From Bifidobacterium breve (GTDB taxonomy: Bacteria > Actinomycetota > Acidimicrobiia > Acidimicrobiales > Ilumatobacteraceae), in contig CAMDEC010000002.1 in the NCBI GenBank assembly GCA_945893395.1, forward strand, positions 5,564 through 69,563: a DNA stretch of 64,000 nucleotides, given 5' to 3'. Made by a program: the position numbers and the translations under genes. The notes beneath the pieces are model-generated. The model saw only the letters and a list, made by a program, of their open reading frames with translations, searched no databases and was not told the DNA's origin. Positions 56,976-64,000 of this stretch are shown in pieces (position 1 is the first letter of the stretch; every line of letters begins with the position of its first letter).

Positions 56976-58961
56976 TCAAGAAACACTTTTTGCCTGTCCA
57001 ACATCAATGGATAATTGGTTCATGAAATCAGTTAACGGCACATCGCGTCGAACGTCGCCACCCCGCGGATTGACGCCGACAGTTGAATTCGAGACGTCGT
57101 CATCGCCGACAACCAAGATATACGGAATGCGCTCTAACTTCGATGCACGAATTCGTTTGCCCAGTTGTTCATCGGCAACAAGTTGATCCACGCGATAACC
57201 ACCTTCGACCAACCGCTCAACAACTTTGGTCGCATACTCATCGTGCGCCGATGCGACCGCCAGCACGCGAACTTGAACGGGTGCCAACCAAGTCGGAAAC
57301 GCGCCACCGTAATGCTCGAGCAGAACACCAAAGAATCGTTCAATCGAACCAAACAGGGCGCGGTGCAACATGATCGGTTGTTTGCGCGCGTTATCGGTGG
57401 CGATGTATTCGAGCCCGAATCGTTCGGGCAGATTGAAGTCGCACTGAATCGTGCTCAACTGCCACTTGCGACCGATTGCATCGCGAACATCAATGTCGAT
57501 TTTTGGCCCATAAAACGCAGCGGCTTCAGGGGCGACCGTGTACTGCAAGCCATGGCGATTCAAAGCTTCTTGCAGCGCATCGGTCGAGCGTTGCCAAATC
57601 TCATCAGAACCCACCGACTTTTCTGCGTTGCGCGTGCTCAACTTGAAGTCAAATTCGCTGAAACCGAAACGACGCAAGACACTCAATACGAAATCAAGCA
57701 ACGATGCAATTTCGTCCGCCATTTGCTCCTCGGTGCAGAAGATATGGCTGTCGTCTTGTGTGAAACCTCGAATGCGCAACAATCCGTGCAGAGTGCCGGC
57801 GCGTTCGTAACGGTAGACGGTGCCAAGTTCGAACAGTCGCAAGGGCAACTCGCGATAACTTCTCTGACGATCGCGATAAATCAGGCAGTGCATCGGGCAG
57901 TTCATCGGCTTCGGATAATAAGTGCCGTTGTCCATCTCCATTGGCGGATACATGCCATCTTTGTAAAACTGCAAGTGCCCTGAAGTTTCGAACAGATGTG
58001 CGTTCGCCAAGTGAGGCGTGAAGACGAACTTATAACCACCGTTTTGGTGACGTTCTCGGCTGTAGTCCTCCATCAATTTGCGAATGATGCCGCCCTTCGG
58101 ATGCCAAACTGCGAGACCGCCACCGAGTTCTTGGGGAAACGAAAGAAGATCCATTTCAACCGCGAGTCGACGGTGGTCACGCTTCTCTGCTTCTTCAAGT
58201 CGATGCAGATGCTCGGCCAAAGCCGACTTTGACTCCCACGCGGTGCCATAGATGCGTTGCAACATCGGACCCTTTTCGTTGCCTCGCCAATAGGCGCCGG
58301 CGACTTTCATCAATGCGAAATGTCCCAGTCGCCCAGTAGACGGAACATGGGGCCCCCGACAAAGATCGACAAAACTCTCACTGTTGCGATAGACGCTCAC
58401 CGCGTCGGCGCTGCCTGCTTCAAGGGCATCACTTGAATCACCTTTGCCTTTCGTCACTCGCTCGATGATCTCGCACTTATAAGGCTGATCTTTGAATATT
58501 TTCAGCGCTTCTTTGGTCGTCATTTCAGCGCGCACGAATGGCTGATCGGCTTCGACGATTTTCTGCATTCGTTCCTGTATCGCCACCAAATCTTGGTCGC
58601 TGAAAGTTTTGTTGTTTGGCAAATCAAAGTCGTAGTAAAAACCATCTTCGATGGCTGGACCGATTGAAAACTTCGCTCCTTCAAAAAGTTGGACAACTGC
58701 CTGGGCCAACACATGGGCAGTCGAATGACGCAGCACGTGGCGACCGGCATCCGAATCTGAAGTGATGATTGAAACTTTCGCTCCGTCCACGAGCGCGACA
58801 CCCAGATCCGACTCGACACCATCGATCACGGTGGCCACAGCAGCCTGCGCGAGTCTTTTGCCAATCGCCTGTGCCAGTTCTATGCCCGTCGACCCTGCGG
58901 ATAACTCTCTTGTTGAGTCATCAGGCAGGCGTACCAAAATCGTTGAGCCACCAGTTGTCAC
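56976..58961 (-). CDS. thrS: threonine--tRNA ligase
   Basis: 661 aa, GTG start. TGS N-domain, editing-domain HSTAHVLAQA, class II core (FRYERAGTLHGLLRIRGFTQDD, HRALFGSIERF), anticodon-binding C-domain. Confidence 0.97.
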   Translation of the reverse strand: MTTGGSTILVRLPDDSTRELSAGSTGIELAQAIGKRLAQAAVATVIDGVESDLGVALVDGAKVSIITSDSDAGRHVLRHSTAHVLAQAVVQLFEGAKFSIGPAIEDGFYYDFDLPNNKTFSDQDLVAIQERMQKIVEADQPFVRAEMTTKEALKIFKDQPYKCEIIERVTKGKGDSSDALEAGSADAVSVYRNSESFVDLCRGPHVPSTGRLGHFALMKVAGAYWRGNEKGPMLQRIYGTAWESKSALAEHLHRLEEAEKRDHRRLAVEMDLLSFPQELGGGLAVWHPKGGIIRKLMEDYSRERHQNGGYKFVFTPHLANAHLFETSGHLQFYKDGMYPPMEMDNGTYYPKPMNCPMHCLIYRDRQRSYRELPLRLFELGTVYRYERAGTLHGLLRIRGFTQDDSHIFCTEEQMADEIASLLDFVLSVLRRFGFSEFDFKLSTRNAEKSVGSDEIWQRSTDALQEALNRHGLQYTVAPEAAAFYGPKIDIDVRDAIGRKWQLSTIQCDFNLPERFGLEYIATDNARKQPIMLHRALFGSIERFFGVLLEHYGGAFPTWLAPVQVRVLAVASAHDEYATKVVERLVEGGYRVDQLVADEQLGKRIRASKLERIPYILVVGDDDVSNSTVGVNPRGGDVRRDVPLTDFMNQLSIDVGQAKSVS

Positions 58962-58986
58962 GTCAACAGTCTAGATTGCGACAGTT

Positions 58987-59721
58987 TTAGATGTGGGTTC
59001 GATTGGGGTTCGAGCCCTTTGGCGCGTAGTCGTAGACATACTCTTGACCAGTAAGTGCCTGAATTCGCACCATGATCTCGTCTGTCAGTTCGCGCAAAAC
59101 CTCAGGCTCATCAGCGCGCGACAAATATTTCTGGGTGTCAATCGGGGCGCCGATTTGAATTTTGCATTTCTTGCCGAACTTTGGCATCACCGTGTCGGGA
59201 GCCATGATTTCGCTCGTGCCGGTTATGCCAACCGGAAATACGGGACAACCAAACTTCAGCGCCAATCGGGCTGCACCGGTGCGACCTTTATATAGCTTCC
59301 CGCTTCTACTTCGTGTGCCCTCGGGAAATATCCCGAACAATTCGCCACGAGCAAGAACTCCCTCAACTGCGAGCATCGCCGAACTTGCACTCTCGCCACC
59401 TGTGCGATCCAGCGGGATCATCCCAATCTTGGTAAACAACCAACGGGTCTTGAACGAATCCATGTACTCGCTCTTGCCGACTACCGACATATTGCGCGGA
59501 GAATATGTGAGCATGAAAACTGAATCCAAGAAACTGATGTGGTTTGCACAAAGAATGGCTGGGCCAGTCTGCGGAATCTGATCGAAGCCTTCAAGCGAGA
59601 ACCTCCACAGTCGCTTGGCAAAAAATCTGCAGAACGGACGGAAACGAGTTTGAAATTTTGTCGCCCCGACATACTTCGTCGGGTCATAGCCCACTTTTTG
59701 TCGGCGTCGAATGAATCTCAT
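58987..59721 (-). CDS. lysophospholipid (1-acyl-sn-glycerol-3-phosphate) acyltransferase family protein
   Basis: 244 aa. Acyltransferase blocks CANHISFLDS and IFPEGTRSRSG. 4-nt overlap with mshC stop. Confidence 0.82.
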   Translation of the reverse strand: MRFIRRRQKVGYDPTKYVGATKFQTRFRPFCRFFAKRLWRFSLEGFDQIPQTGPAILCANHISFLDSVFMLTYSPRNMSVVGKSEYMDSFKTRWLFTKIGMIPLDRTGGESASSAMLAVEGVLARGELFGIFPEGTRSRSGKLYKGRTGAARLALKFGCPVFPVGITGTSEIMAPDTVMPKFGKKCKIQIGAPIDTQKYLSRADEPEVLRELTDEIMVRIQALTGQEYVYDYAPKGSNPNRTHI

Positions 59722-60848
59722 GGTCGCAAGTCAACGCCTAGCAGACCCGCGGCGATCTTGACGCTGTGGCCCGACCTCGCTGCGCGATCTATTTCATCTA
59801 TCGCCGCTGGCGTATTCAAGTCGTCATCAAGCGCGCTTCGCACGTCTTCAAGCCCGGCGTTACCGTCCCCAGAATTCGCACCTGACCAAAGGGCCAAGCG
59901 CTGTTGCGCACTCGACATTAAAGCAGCGTTCCACTCCCATTCAGTTCGATAGTGATTGGCGATCAACGCCAGACGAATCGCCCGCGGATCATGTTGCTTG
60001 CGCAAGCGGTCAACAAATTCAAGATTGCCGAGGCTCTTTGACATCTTGCTGCCGTTCATGAACACCATCGCCACGTGCATCCAGTGTTTGACAAATAATT
60101 CGCCCGTTGCCGCCTCAGATTGCGCGCGCTCACACTCGTGATGCGGAAAAATCAAATCACTGCCGCCTCCATGCAAGTCAATCGTCGACCCAAGTTCGCG
60201 CAATGCCAGGGCTGAACACTCGATATGCCATCCAGGGCGTCCCGGCCCCCACATCGTTTCCCAACTCGGTTCGTCTGTCGCTGATGGCTGCCACAAAACA
60301 AAGTCCAATGGATTTCGTTTGTGTGGATCTTCGACATGTCCACCGCGTTCTGCGGCCAAGCTCATCATCGTTTTCGTGTCGTAATTCGAAACACCGCCAA
60401 ACGAATCGAACCTGGTCACGTCAAAATAAACGCTCTCACCGGCCTGATAGGCAAATCCCCGATCCAAGACCATCCCGATAAAACCCCTGATGTCTGCAAT
60501 CGCCGAAGAAGCACGCGGTGCGCTGTAGACATCGAGCGCGTTCAGCGCCTGCATATCGGCATTGAACCTCGCCTCTTCGCCCGCTGCCAGATCCAAATAG
60601 TGGACACCCAACTCGCGTGCCTTGGCAAAAAGTGGGTCATCGATGTCGGTCACATTACGAACACATTTGACGGTGTGACCCAAATCAATTAGTCGACGTT
60701 GAACGACGTCGTAAGTTATAAAAGTGAATGCATGTCCAACGTGAGTTGCATCGTATGGCGTGATGCCACATGTGTACATCAAAACTTGTTTGTCCGACCG
60801 AAAATCCACGACACGCTTTTTTGCCGTGTCATACAACTTCATCGTCAC
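59718..60848 (-). CDS. mshC: cysteine:1D-myo-inosityl 2-amino-2-deoxy-alpha-D-glucopyranoside ligase (mycothiol ligase MshC)
   Basis: 376 aa and no CysRS anticodon-binding domain. GITPYDATHVGHAFTF, NVTDIDDPLFAKA, ERGGH..DP, GPGRPGWHIECSALAL, GGGSDLIFPHHEC, KMSKSLGNL, DDLNTPAAI, C-terminal LLGVDL parallel recalled M. tuberculosis MshC rather than CysS. GTG 60848 (GTGA overlap with npdG stop) or ATG 60842. Confidence 0.82.
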   Translation of the reverse strand: MTMKLYDTAKKRVVDFRSDKQVLMYTCGITPYDATHVGHAFTFITYDVVQRRLIDLGHTVKCVRNVTDIDDPLFAKARELGVHYLDLAAGEEARFNADMQALNALDVYSAPRASSAIADIRGFIGMVLDRGFAYQAGESVYFDVTRFDSFGGVSNYDTKTMMSLAAERGGHVEDPHKRNPLDFVLWQPSATDEPSWETMWGPGRPGWHIECSALALRELGSTIDLHGGGSDLIFPHHECERAQSEAATGELFVKHWMHVAMVFMNGSKMSKSLGNLEFVDRLRKQHDPRAIRLALIANHYRTEWEWNAALMSSAQQRLALWSGANSGDGNAGLEDVRSALDDDLNTPAAIDEIDRAARSGHSVKIAAGLLGVDLRP

Positions 60849-61516
60849 ATTGCATCACCACGATCAGGAATGCCGGTCAGACGTGGGGCAACTCTTGTCT
60901 TGTAGCGAACGTTGAGTTGCAACAAAACCGCAGTGAACGCTTCAATCGCCAACGCATTCGAAAGGGTGCCGGCATTAAGTGGTCGACATCCAGGAATTTG
61001 GGCAACTATTTCGCAAATTGTTGCGGTCGCAGTCGGGTCATCAGAACAAATGAGCACGTCGCTGTCAACCTCATGACCAAGTCGACCAAGTTCAGTTGCC
61101 GGTAAATGTTGAAACGCCGCGACAACACGCGATAAAGGTATCTCTGCTTGAACATGCGCCGCGATGCTTCCGCGCGGCGGCACCAGCGGCTGAAATTCTT
61201 TGCCCACCCGCACAAGTGCGTTGGCCATGGTGACGACTATCTTGCCGGCCAGGTCTTTAATGTATGCGTTGACAACTGTCGCCGCCGAATCCCACGGCGT
61301 CGCGATGACGACCAAATCGCACTTTGCCGCGCGGTTATTGTCGCCGCCAGTGAGATTCAATTTATATTCGGGCCACTTTTTAACTAATTCGTCACAAACT
61401 GACTGTGCGCGCCTCGCATCGCGCGACCCTAAGACAATTTCATAGCCAATTGACGCCAAGCGCAGTCCCAGAGCACTGCCCGCTGGACCAGTTCCACCCA
61501 GAAGGCCGATACGCAT
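60845..61516 (-). CDS. npdG: NADPH-dependent F420 reductase (NpdG-like)
   Basis: From ATG 61516: MRIGLLGGTGPAGSALGLRLASIGYEIVLGSRD Rossmann N-terminus. Length and the C-terminal LNAG...IE pattern fit the F420:NADP oxidoreductase family. The cofactor is inferred from family resemblance only. Confidence 0.75.
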   Translation of the reverse strand: MRIGLLGGTGPAGSALGLRLASIGYEIVLGSRDARRAQSVCDELVKKWPEYKLNLTGGDNNRAAKCDLVVIATPWDSAATVVNAYIKDLAGKIVVTMANALVRVGKEFQPLVPPRGSIAAHVQAEIPLSRVVAAFQHLPATELGRLGHEVDSDVLICSDDPTATATICEIVAQIPGCRPLNAGTLSNALAIEAFTAVLLQLNVRYKTRVAPRLTGIPDRGDAM

Positions 61517-61558
61517 AATTGGCAACAATACCTGCTTAGACCAACTACCGTTAATCGC

Positions 61559-62326
61559 GTGGGAATTCTGAGTGGAAAAAATATAGTCATTACCGGCGTG
61601 CTGACCGAGGCTTCGTTAGCTTTCGGAGTTGCCCAATTGGCCCAAAAAGAGGGCGCTAAAATTGTGCTGACGGGCGCCGGTCGCGGACTTTCAATCACGC
61701 AACGAACCGCCAAAAAATTGTCGATGCCAGTTCAAGTAGTTGAGTTTGACGTGACAGTCGACGAGCACACGACAAGCGCACGAAATGAGGTGCAGAAAAT
61801 TGTCGATCGTGTCGATGGCGTGCTGCACTCGATTGGCTTTGCACCCGCGGCATGTCTGGGCGACGACTTTATGGCTGCATCTTGGCAGGATGTTTCCATT
61901 GCGATGCAGATTTCGGCTTATTCACTCAAGACATTGGCAGATGCTTTTGTTCCTTTGATGACATCTGGCGGCTCAATCGTTGGTTTGGATTTTGACAACA
62001 CGGTGGCATGGCCTGCCTACAACTGGATGGGTGTTGCCAAGTCGGCCCTTGAAAGCACCAACCGATATTTAGCCAAGGCGCTTGGATCAAAAAATATTCG
62101 ATGCAACTTGATTGCCGCTGGACCGATTCGCACCATGGCGGCAAAGTCGATCCCATCATTTGGGGCGTTCGAAGATATTTGGAGTGATCGCGCTCCCTTG
62201 GGCTGGAATGTCAACGACTCATCTCCGGTGGCACGGAGCACGGTGGCAATGCTCAGCGATTGGTTTCCGGCTACAACCGGAGAAATAATTCATGTTGATG
62301 GTGGCTTTCATTCCACAGGTGCTTAG
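61559..62326 (+). CDS. fabI: enoyl-[acyl-carrier-protein] reductase (NADH), FabI/InhA type
   Basis: 255 aa, GTG start. GKNIVITGVLTEASLAFGVAQLAQKEGAKIVLTG resembles the InhA N-terminus. Y-x6-K region (AYNWMGVAKSALES). IRCNLIAAGPIRT. Confidence 0.9.
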   Translation: MGILSGKNIVITGVLTEASLAFGVAQLAQKEGAKIVLTGAGRGLSITQRTAKKLSMPVQVVEFDVTVDEHTTSARNEVQKIVDRVDGVLHSIGFAPAACLGDDFMAASWQDVSIAMQISAYSLKTLADAFVPLMTSGGSIVGLDFDNTVAWPAYNWMGVAKSALESTNRYLAKALGSKNIRCNLIAAGPIRTMAAKSIPSFGAFEDIWSDRAPLGWNVNDSSPVARSTVAMLSDWFPATTGEIIHVDGGFHSTGA

Positions 62327-63940
62327 TTGTTGAAAGATTCACAAAACAGAATTATTGTTCGACGTCTAGTTCGGATCATTGGCATTGCAGTTCTCGGCAA
62401 CTCTTTGATAGTTGTGCCAACGCTCAGAGCGTCATCAGTCAGTCCCCAAGTCGAAAATTTTTCTGCGATCGCGCCAGTCAATACGCCGACAAAGAAACAA
62501 GGCAGAGATTTGGCATTTGACGACCAGTGGGGTCTACGAGCTGCGAACATCATCGAGGTCTGGCCACACTCAACGGGATCTGGCGTGATCGTGGCGGTCA
62601 TCGATTCTGGTTCTGGACCGAATTCGGACTTGATTCAAAATCTTTTGCCCGGACGAACAATTATCAGGGGTCGAGTGACTGACGGCGCCAACGATGTCGA
62701 CATAATCGGTCACGGAACCCACGTTGCCGGAATAATCGCCGCTCAATACAACAACGACATTGGTATCGCCGGAGTTGCCCCCAACGCCCAGATTCTGCCG
62801 ATTCGGATTCTTGACTCGCGTGGTGACGGGTCTGAAAGCGATCTCGCTCTGGCGATCAGATATGCATCTGATCAGGGGGTCAAGGTAATCAATCTTTCAC
62901 TTGGTGGCAAAATCCAAACCAATGGTTTGCAATCTGCTCTTGAGTATGCGGCCAGCAAAGGAATCCTTGTCGTCGCCGCAGCAGGAAATGCAGGCCCAAA
63001 AGCCGGCGTCACCTACCCCGCCGGCAACGATTTGACTCTTGCCGTGACGGCAGTAGACGAAACAATGAACTCACCATCATTCGCCCAGCGCGGAACCTAC
63101 ATCGACATCTCTGCGCCAGGCATCAACATCTGTTCGACGATTCGCAACGATGCGAGCGTGGATATATCCCGCAAATGTGCGGGTGCCAGCGAGCCCTACA
63201 TAAACATGAGCGGCACTTCTATGGCTGCCGCATTCGCCAGCGGAGTTGCCGCACTGATATTCAGTGCACGACCAAATTTTACGGCCCAACAAGTTCGAGA
63301 AGTAATTATTGCCACGGCGAAAGACCTGGGCATCCCCGGACGCGACGAAATATTCGGCGTCGGACTGATCGACACTTATGCAATCTTCAAAAGTCTCGGA
63401 TTCTTCCCCGACACCCTTGTTTTCCCAACCGTCTCGTCGCTCGGCCAAGTTGGTCAAGAATCAGTTGGTGGCACCGTTCAGCTACCTGAAAGCGAAAGAT
63501 TGCAGTGGTACCGATGTCTTTCCCCGGGCGAGGCAACTTTGACGATTCCGATTGATTGTGTCGCCATTTCCCAAGCGCAAAGAAACATCTATACGCCTCT
63601 TCGACGAGACATCGACGCATTTTTGCGATTTGGCACATTGATCTCGGTCGGCGGAATACCGCAAATACGTTTTTCGGCTACGACACCGAAGATTTCGGCG
63701 ATCTGGACTGCAATGTCAACCCTAGAAGTTGGTATGAATATCGCGATCAGCGAATTAGTGGCGAGCGCCTCGAAAGGCGCTGTAAGTGCTCGAGTAATTT
63801 CAGGTCCATGCAGAATTGTCAAAAAAGTTTTGATCACGACAGAAAGTGGGTCGTGCAAACTTCGGATTTTGGCCGAGGCAAAGGCTCCCTACCAAAAATT
63901 CGGTAAAACTGTCGTTGTTGTAGTCGTATCCAAAACTTGA
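62327..63940 (+). CDS. secreted subtilisin-like serine peptidase (S8) with C-terminal Ig-like extension
   Basis: 537 aa. Signal/anchor VRRLVRIIGIAVLGNSLIVVPTLRASS. Catalytic triad in VAVIDSGSG (D92), GHGTHVAG (H129), SGTSMAAAF (S297). There is no ATG at the 5' end; TTG 62327 or 62330 immediately abuts the fabI TAG. Confidence 0.85.
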   Translation: MLKDSQNRIIVRRLVRIIGIAVLGNSLIVVPTLRASSVSPQVENFSAIAPVNTPTKKQGRDLAFDDQWGLRAANIIEVWPHSTGSGVIVAVIDSGSGPNSDLIQNLLPGRTIIRGRVTDGANDVDIIGHGTHVAGIIAAQYNNDIGIAGVAPNAQILPIRILDSRGDGSESDLALAIRYASDQGVKVINLSLGGKIQTNGLQSALEYAASKGILVVAAAGNAGPKAGVTYPAGNDLTLAVTAVDETMNSPSFAQRGTYIDISAPGINICSTIRNDASVDISRKCAGASEPYINMSGTSMAAAFASGVAALIFSARPNFTAQQVREVIIATAKDLGIPGRDEIFGVGLIDTYAIFKSLGFFPDTLVFPTVSSLGQVGQESVGGTVQLPESERLQWYRCLSPGEATLTIPIDCVAISQAQRNIYTPLRRDIDAFLRFGTLISVGGIPQIRFSATTPKISAIWTAMSTLEVGMNIAISELVASASKGAVSARVISGPCRIVKKVLITTESGSCKLRILAEAKAPYQKFGKTVVVVVVSKT

Positions 63941-63959
63941 CGCAGAACAACGATCCAAG

Positions 63960-64000
63960 ATGCCAAACCGCCTTGCGCTAGAGACGAGCCCATACCTACG
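63960..64000 (+). CDS. 5' end of thioredoxin-domain (DUF255/YyaL-like) protein; runs off the right edge
   Basis: ATG 63960, MPNRLALETSPYL... This matches the recalled conserved N-terminus (M-NRLA-ETSPYL-QHA) of DUF255 proteins, but only 13 codons are visible. Confidence 0.4.
   Translation, partial: MPNRLALETSPYL

Noticed and set aside
57165-57983. 272-aa plus-strand ORF
   Set aside because: Antisense to the thrS catalytic core. Shadow ORF.
58990-59015. GGTTCGA / GGTTCGAGCC T-loop-like strings suggesting a tRNA
   Set aside because: No acceptor, D or anticodon arms can be paired around them. The segment encodes the C-terminus of the PlsC-family protein.
59718-60848. Annotation as cysteine--tRNA ligase (cysS)
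   Set aside because: Too short (376 aa, no anticodon-binding domain). Motifs match recalled MshC rather than CysRS (DATHVGHA and DIDDPLF instead of the CysRS HIGN/DDKII patterns).
1-64000. Search for CRISPR arrays, IS elements, integrases, prophage, toxin-antitoxin or defence islands, rRNA/tRNA genes
   Set aside because: Every ORF of 60 aa or more that is not a shadow ORF is accounted for by a housekeeping or conserved-hypothetical gene. No gap exceeds about 260 nt, and I noticed no direct-repeat arrays. This was an eye scan only; tRNAscan-SE, Infernal and a repeat finder should confirm it.

Overview
This window is a core-chromosome segment of an Actinomycetota (actinobacterial) genome. GC is moderate (roughly half by eye, not computed) and the segment is extremely gene-dense. 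I call 66 protein-coding genes, 2 of them partial at the window edges. Sixty-one lie on the minus strand in an almost uninterrupted co-directional array with many 1-4 nt stop/start overlaps. Content is housekeeping:
- tag (partial), pheST, a TrmH-type methylase, infC-rpmI-rplT, fmt-def, priA, metK, rpoZ, gmk, mihF
- pyrR-pyrB-pyrC-carAB-pyrD, nusB-efp, aroQ/B/K/C/E, mltG-ruvX-alaS, rarA, aspS, hisS, rel
- secDF-yajC, tgt-queA, ruvCAB, bcp, yebC, pdxST, lemA-htpX
- the phosphatidylinositol/PIM genes pgsA-patA-pimA, thrS, plsC, mshC, F420-type enzymes, fabI and a secreted S8 peptidase

From memory (no search run), the order is collinear with three separate M. tuberculosis blocks, Rv2614c-Rv2533c, Rv1379-Rv1406 and Rv1641-Rv1650, fused here into about 59 kb. 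The lineage markers are mshC, PI/PIM genes, mIHF, InhA-type FabI and NpdG.

I recognised no rRNA, tRNA, CRISPR array, transposase, integrase, phage or known defence gene. No non-coding gap is longer than about 260 nt. I therefore do not see a convincing novel multi-gene system here.

The signals most worth a second look are small and mostly regulatory:
- The 257-nt infC/DUF1844 divergent region. infC has a non-AUG start, a strongly SD-driven 7-codon uORF has a stop that overlaps the infC AUA, and there is a plus-strand structured-RNA candidate.
- A PyrR-type hairpin upstream of pyrR.
- An opposite-strand LLM oxidoreductase splitting the PIM operon, plus an extra membrane ORF inside that operon.
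- An overlap-coupled plsC-mshC-npdG trio.
- A Walker-A-less PriA.

The ORF track uses GTG/TTG as well as ATG starts and always takes the longest form. Several starts were re-evaluated by hand.
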